A DNA stretch of 54,941 nucleotides, filler included, from Jimgerdemannia flammicorona (taxonomy: Eukaryota), in assembly GCA_003990765.1 (NCBI GenBank). It is 2 parts of 2 records of this genome, joined end to end, with 100 filler letters (N's around TTAATTAATTAA, not from the genome) between each part and the next. Parts side by side here need not be neighbours in the genome. Positions count along the whole stretch, not along the records: positions 27,524 to 54,941 come from RBNJ01000631.1; 1 more part is not named here. One strand, 5' to 3'. Position numbers and translations under genes: made by a program. Shown here piece by piece: positions 50,152 through 54,941 of the stretch (the stretch's first letter is position 1; each line of letters opens with the position of its first letter). The notes under the pieces are model-generated. The model was not told where the DNA came from. It worked only from the letters and a program-made list of their open reading frames with translations, and searched no databases.

Positions 50152-51328
50152 GGTGAAGGTTGTGAGATTTAAGCAAAGATTTGTGCAAGAAATCGACAGA
50201 GTCGAGCAATAGCCATGTTAGATCGTGGAAATCTTTCGAACATCTCTCGTCAGACTTGCTATTGCTTAAATACCTTTCACTTGTCTGCTTCGGACTTAGT
50301 AATTGGTTACTGTTTATACAATGTAACATGAATTTAATCATGAACGAGAGTGAATTACTTCGCGGGTTTTACAATCGGGTAGCTTTGATTCACTGATCAA
50401 ATTGCATTAAAATAAAATTTTAATTAAGTTGTAATTGTATTACCGAGCGATTTTTCTTTTAAGATTAGGGTCAGGCGCGTGCTACCGATTAGAATAAAAC
50501 ACACATTGCACAGTGCAGGAAAAGGAAAGACGCAGTGTAACATTTTATGACCAGTCATGTTTATTACAGGGGCGTTTTGCCTGCCATAGATAACACCTTC
50601 TTGTTCTGCTTCTCAACTAGCTTCTTTAAGTTGAGACCGCGATAAATAACTGGGCTGTACTTCACAGAACAGTGTTTTGACAGAGTATTCATCACTCTGG
50701 CTGCCAAAGACAGTGCACGACGATGGTAATGATTACCAGAGTAGTTATGCATGTAAGGCGTAACATTAATCTCACTGAGCTTAGGGCCAGAATCTTCATT
50801 ATTCACACGAGATTCCTCTGAAAGCATTCAGGAGCGGTCTTGATAAGATTTAAGACTCAAAAGATAAGCTATCCGATTCGGTTTAAAGGCACGTCGTACC
50901 AAGAACTGATGGAATTCGGAGATAGCTTCTTCATAATTGTCATACTCTGATGAGTTCCGGATAAGGCGAGTATTCTCGTCTCTAAGCCATCCATCGATGT
51001 ACACTTGAGGATAATACGTATCCAGTATAGAGTAAATATGAAGGTTCATATCCTTATTATAGTTTCGGAACTGAATTGACCAAGTCTTATCAGCGTTGAG
51101 TTTCACATATGCTTTGAGATCGCAAAACGTAACTTCATTAGCTATGTGTTGTGTGAAATACAAACTAGAGCTCATCATTTCCAACGATGTTATAACATGC
51201 TTTGCAGCTTCGTCGCCCTTATCTGTAATAATAATGATATCATCGATAAATCGAAAGTAAAGTTCCGGCAAAATCCCTTGGTCATCAAGCCTAAGTTCAT
51301 GAAAGGCCATAAAGAGATTTGCTACATT
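50152..51328 (-). mobile_element. 5'-truncated endonuclease-deficient Penelope-like element (Coprina/Athena-like)
   Basis: Frame 51331-50564 reads PNVANLFMAFHE..YFRFIDDIIII..VTFCDL..YNKDMNLHIY..GWLRDENTRLIRNSS..FLVRRAF, i.e. the PLE RT C-terminal motifs and thumb. One in-frame TGA at 50828-50830. The 87-aa tail has no GIY-YIG motif. Unrelated to the flanking LINE. Confidence 0.88.
50205..50266 (-). ncRNA. Type I hammerhead ribozyme in the PLE 3' region
   Basis: Minus strand reads AGCAAUAGC-AAGU-CUGACGA-GAG(AUG)UUC-GAAA-GAU(UUCCACG)AUC-UA^-ACAUG-GCUAUUGCU. It has the intact CUGANGA/GAAA core, short stem II, stem III, a CUA cleavage triplet and a 9-bp distal stem I. Confidence 0.85.
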
Positions 51329-51348
51329 GGGTTAGGGTTAAGGTTAGG

Positions 51349-53640
51349 CTTCAAGTAAGAATTTATTCATTGTAGAGAAGATAAGATACATCGGAGCAAC
51401 AAACGGCAAAGACTCCTAAGATGAGAAAAGCAAAACAAGGCCAGCGAAGTAAACAACTAGCTAAGAAGTACAAAAACAAAGGCCAGAGAGGTGACCACCC
51501 TTTGGACGGGCTGGATAAAACCATTTTGTCACAGCCATAAAGATAATAAATGCCAGAAGCAAGAAAAGAAGTGCTAAGATAAAATACACATTCGCCCGGC
51601 GCCAACTACAGGAACGATATCGTCAACTGAACACCAAATGACTGACATGAGATGAATAACTCAATGCACTCTCAACAACGGGGGAACCAACCAAGGTGAA
51701 TGAGGTGAAAGAAAGAAATAAAGAAAATGTGCAATCGCTCGATCACCCAAGCATCTTCGTAATCTCGGTCAGGCAGAACCCGACTGCAAGATGGCCACCA
51801 GAATTGCACATGGCGTCGATAGCATGGTAGGCTGTCTCGTGAAGAGCGTAAAGAGGGTAGGCGCGAAGTTCTTCTTGCCATTCGTCACCGGTAAACCAGT
51901 CGAGCTGTTCATCTCGATCTAAAGAACCTCGGAAAGCAGAATACGAACCATCGAGAAGACCGCACCTGAGGAGATGGCCACAATGAAACTTATCTCCACA
52001 GGGGCAGGGGCGGGGTTGGCCAAAATAGCCATAACGCCAGGCGAGGGCAGAGCGCACAAGCCGGGGGAGGGAAGGAGAGGACATGATCGGCTCCCCTTGA
52101 CTGTAAACGGCCTTTGGGGGTGATATACTGAATGAGAGCCTAGGAGGAGGAGGCCCATTCCTGGAGCAGCTGGTCCCGAAGGAAAGACTGGAGGAAGGAG
52201 CAGAGCGAGCGAGTCTTGCGGACCTGGGGACGAAGGTCCCAGTACCTGTCGAGGAAGTCAAGCTAAGATGTCCATCGCCGGAACTTGTCAATAATAGAAC
52301 CCGGGGGACGTGTGACAAAATGCTCACTAAGGGGGCCGATGGAGTTGTTGCCCGACTTGCTACACCAATCCAGGTGGGCTTGGAACATGCAGCAGAGGTC
52401 AGACGTACGACGAAGAAAGGAGGAGAGGCCGAGAATCGAACTGCCAAGCAAGGGATGGCCGGAAAATCCAACCGCCCAAGCGACAGCATCATCAAAGACC
52501 TGCTCGGGATGCTTCAACACCTGAAGCCCTGTGGTAGTAGTCGGACAGGAAGCTCGTAGAAGGGGGAGGCCATACTTCAGCTGGGGCCTGATGAAAGTAC
52601 GTACGATGGCCAGCTTGACCATTGGCGACCAGAGGGGACCACGGGCGCGGCAGAAACCAAGAGTTCGTTCCGCCTTTGCTGTATTCTGCAAAGCTAGGTC
52701 GACAAAGTCAAACCCTTTGTTGGTGTACGGCACGCCCAGGTACACGTAAAAGGTGGGTCGCGGGCAGGGTTCGCCCCCAATCAGCACAGTACAGTCAGCA
52801 GGGCCAACATAACTACACTTCTTGGGATTGAGCTCTATACCGTTCGCCCGGAGCCAGTCTTCATAAAAATCAACCATCCTTTGCCCTTCCGCAGCAGTGC
52901 GGGGGGTAAGGGTGATATCATCAGCAAAGAAGAGCTCGAGGGGGAAGTCGTACTCCTTGAACTATTCATCAAAGGAGGCGGCGAGGGGATCGATAAAGAC
53001 ATCAAAGAGCCAGGGGGAGAGGAGGGAGCCCTGGAAAAGGCTGCGCTCAGTGGGGACCGAAGAGGTGATGAGGCCATTAACAACCACCTGATAAGAACAG
53101 TAATTGAACAGGCTTCGGATAATGCTAAGGAGGGCCGCATCGGCACCTCGCGCCTCAAGGCGGGAAAGAATGTACTTGAGGGGGACTCGATCATAATCCT
53201 GCCGGAGGTCCAAAAAGACACGGCGGCCCCATTCCTTAGCCCACGTCTCGTGCGATAACAGGACGTGAGAGAGGGACGAGAAGCGGGTTCGGAAGCCACC
53301 TTGGCAGCGCGACATTTCTGTCAGGCCACTTCGGCTCTTGACATATCCTTCCAAACATCGCTCGAAGAGTCTACGAAACATTTCAGTCAGAGCAATAGGG
53401 CGAAATCCATCAATCGTACGCGATTCCTCCTTCTTAGGGACCGGGGTGATGATGGCTGAGTTCCAGCGGCGGGAATTGAGCCCCCAGACCATGCACATCT
53501 GGAAGAAGAACGAAAGGGCTTTCGAAAGGCTACAGGGGGCGTCCTTCTCACCTGCCATCACCCGAAGGATCCGGACGTGCAAGGAGTCGGTACCGCATGC
53601 CTTAGAGAGGGGGTAGCTGCGGACAGCCCTCCAAACCGCA
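51349..53640 (-). mobile_element. Telomere-associated non-LTR retrotransposon, unit 6 (5'-truncated, about 2.3 kb; RT + CCHC)
   Basis: Preceded by GGGTTAGGGTTAAGGTTAGG (51329-51348). ORF pieces 52962-53582, 52263-52877 and 51743-52495. Few disruptions; CpG largely retained. Confidence 0.95.
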
Positions 53641-53653
53641 GGTTAGGGTTAGG

Positions 53654-54941
53654 CTTCAAGTAAGAATTTATTTATTGTAGAGAAGATAAGATATATCGGA
53701 GCAACAAAAGACAAAGACTCCTAAGATGAGAAAAGCAAAACAAGGCCAGCGAAGTAAACAACTAGCTAAGAAGTACAAAAACAAAGGCCAGAGAGGTGAC
53801 CACCCTTTGGACGGGCTGGATAAACCATTTTGTCACGGCCGTAAAGATAATAAATGCAAAAAGCAGAGAAGAGAGAAACTAAGAGAAATACACAAACGCC
53901 CGGCACCAACTACAGGAACCGTATCGACAACTGATCACCAAATGACTAACATGAGATGAATAACTCAATGCACTCTCAACAACGGGGGAACCAACCAAGG
54001 CGAATGAGGGGAAAGAAAGAAATAAAGAAAATGTGCGATCGCTCGATCACACAAGCATCTTCGTAATCTCGGTCAGGCAAAACCCGACTGCAAGATGGCC
54101 ACCAGAATTACACATGGCGTCGATAGCGTGGTAGGCTGTCTCGTGAAGAGCGTGAAGAGGGTAGGCGCGAAGTTCTTCCTGCCATTCGTCACCGGTAAAC
54201 CAGTCGAGCTGTTCATCTCGATCTGAAGAACCTCGGAAAGCAGAATACGAACCGTCGAGAAGACCGCACCTGAGGAGATGGCCACGATAAAACCTATCTC
54301 CACAGGGGCAGGGGCGGGGTTGGCCAAAATAGCCATAACGCCAGGCGAGGGCAGAGCGCACAAGCCGGGGGGGGAAGGAGAGGACACGGTCGGCTCCCCT
54401 CGACCGTAAACGGCCTTTGGGGGTGATGTACCGAACGAGAGCCTGGGAGGAGGAAGCCCATTCCTGAAGCAGCTGATCCCGGAGGAAGGACTGAAGGAAG
54501 GAGCGGAGCGAGCGAGTCTTGCGGACCTGGGGACGAAGGTCCCAGTACCAGTCGAGGAAGTCAAGCCAAGAGGTCCATCGCCGGAACTTGTCAATAATAG
54601 AACCCGGGGGACGCGTGACAAAGCGCTCGCTAAGGGGGCCGATGGGGTTGTTGCCCGACCTGCTACACCAATCCAGATGGGCTTGGAACATGCAGCAGAG
54701 GTCAGACGTACGACGAAGGAAGGAGGGGAGGCCGAGAATTGAACTGCCAAGCAAGGGACGGCCGGAAAATCCAACCGCCCAGGCGACAGCCTCGTCAAAG
54801 ACCTGCTCGGGACACTTCAACACCTGAAGCCCCGTGGTAGTAGCCGGACAGGAAGCTCGTAAAAGGGGGAGGCCATACTCCAGCTGAGGCCTGATGAAAG
54901 TACGTACGATGGCCAGCTTGACCATTGGCGACCAGAGGGGA
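53654..54941 (-). mobile_element. Telomere-associated non-LTR retrotransposon, unit 7 (most intact; runs off the window)
   Basis: Preceded by GGTTAGGGTTAGG (53641-53653). Uninterrupted 292-aa ORF2 C-terminus 54047-54925 with CPCGDRFYRGHLLRC. Confidence 0.95.

Noticed and set aside
32391..53700. Recurring GGTTAGGCTTCAAGTAAG word as a CRISPR-like repeat
   Set aside because: Spacing is kilobases and the intervening DNA is homologous LINE sequence; eukaryotic context and no cas genes.
34273..54827. Recurrent plus-strand ORFs antisense to the LINE (e.g. MATRITHGINSMIG..., MPFRSSAGGKGD...)
   Set aside because: Shadow frames of the GC-rich ORF2; they recur only because the element is repeated, and their ends vary between copies.

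Overview
Eukaryotic, almost certainly fungal, DNA (short GT-AG introns, TTAGGG telomeric repeats). The repeat and gene repertoire suggests an early-diverging fungus such as Mucoromycota, but this is inference only. The window is two contigs joined by an artificial N44-TTAATTAATTAA-N44 linker at 27424-27523. Left contig: 1-6.4 kb is a CpG-rich genic block holding a Ser/Thr/Pro-rich gene, a decayed paralog of it, and an intron-containing NADPH:quinone oxidoreductase pseudogene. It is followed by an AT-rich, C-to-T hypermutated transposon nest: two dUTPase-encoding Ty3/Gypsy elements with ORF-bearing LTRs, a hAT-type foldback MITE and a Ty1/copia 5' piece. Right contig: the 3' part of a Crinkler-like nuclease-domain gene and a copia relic, then from 32.4 kb to the window end a head-to-tail chain of retroelements. 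The chain has seven copies of one APE+RT non-LTR element plus one endonuclease-less Penelope-like element. All eight lie on the minus strand. Each LINE begins at an essentially invariant TTAGG|CTTCAAG junction preceded by only about 1.5-3.5 telomeric repeats, and the copies become more intact toward the right. The Penelope-like element carries a recognisable type I hammerhead ribozyme. The best candidate for a novel system is this mixed retrotransposon chain, which appears to extend or heal a fungal chromosome end.
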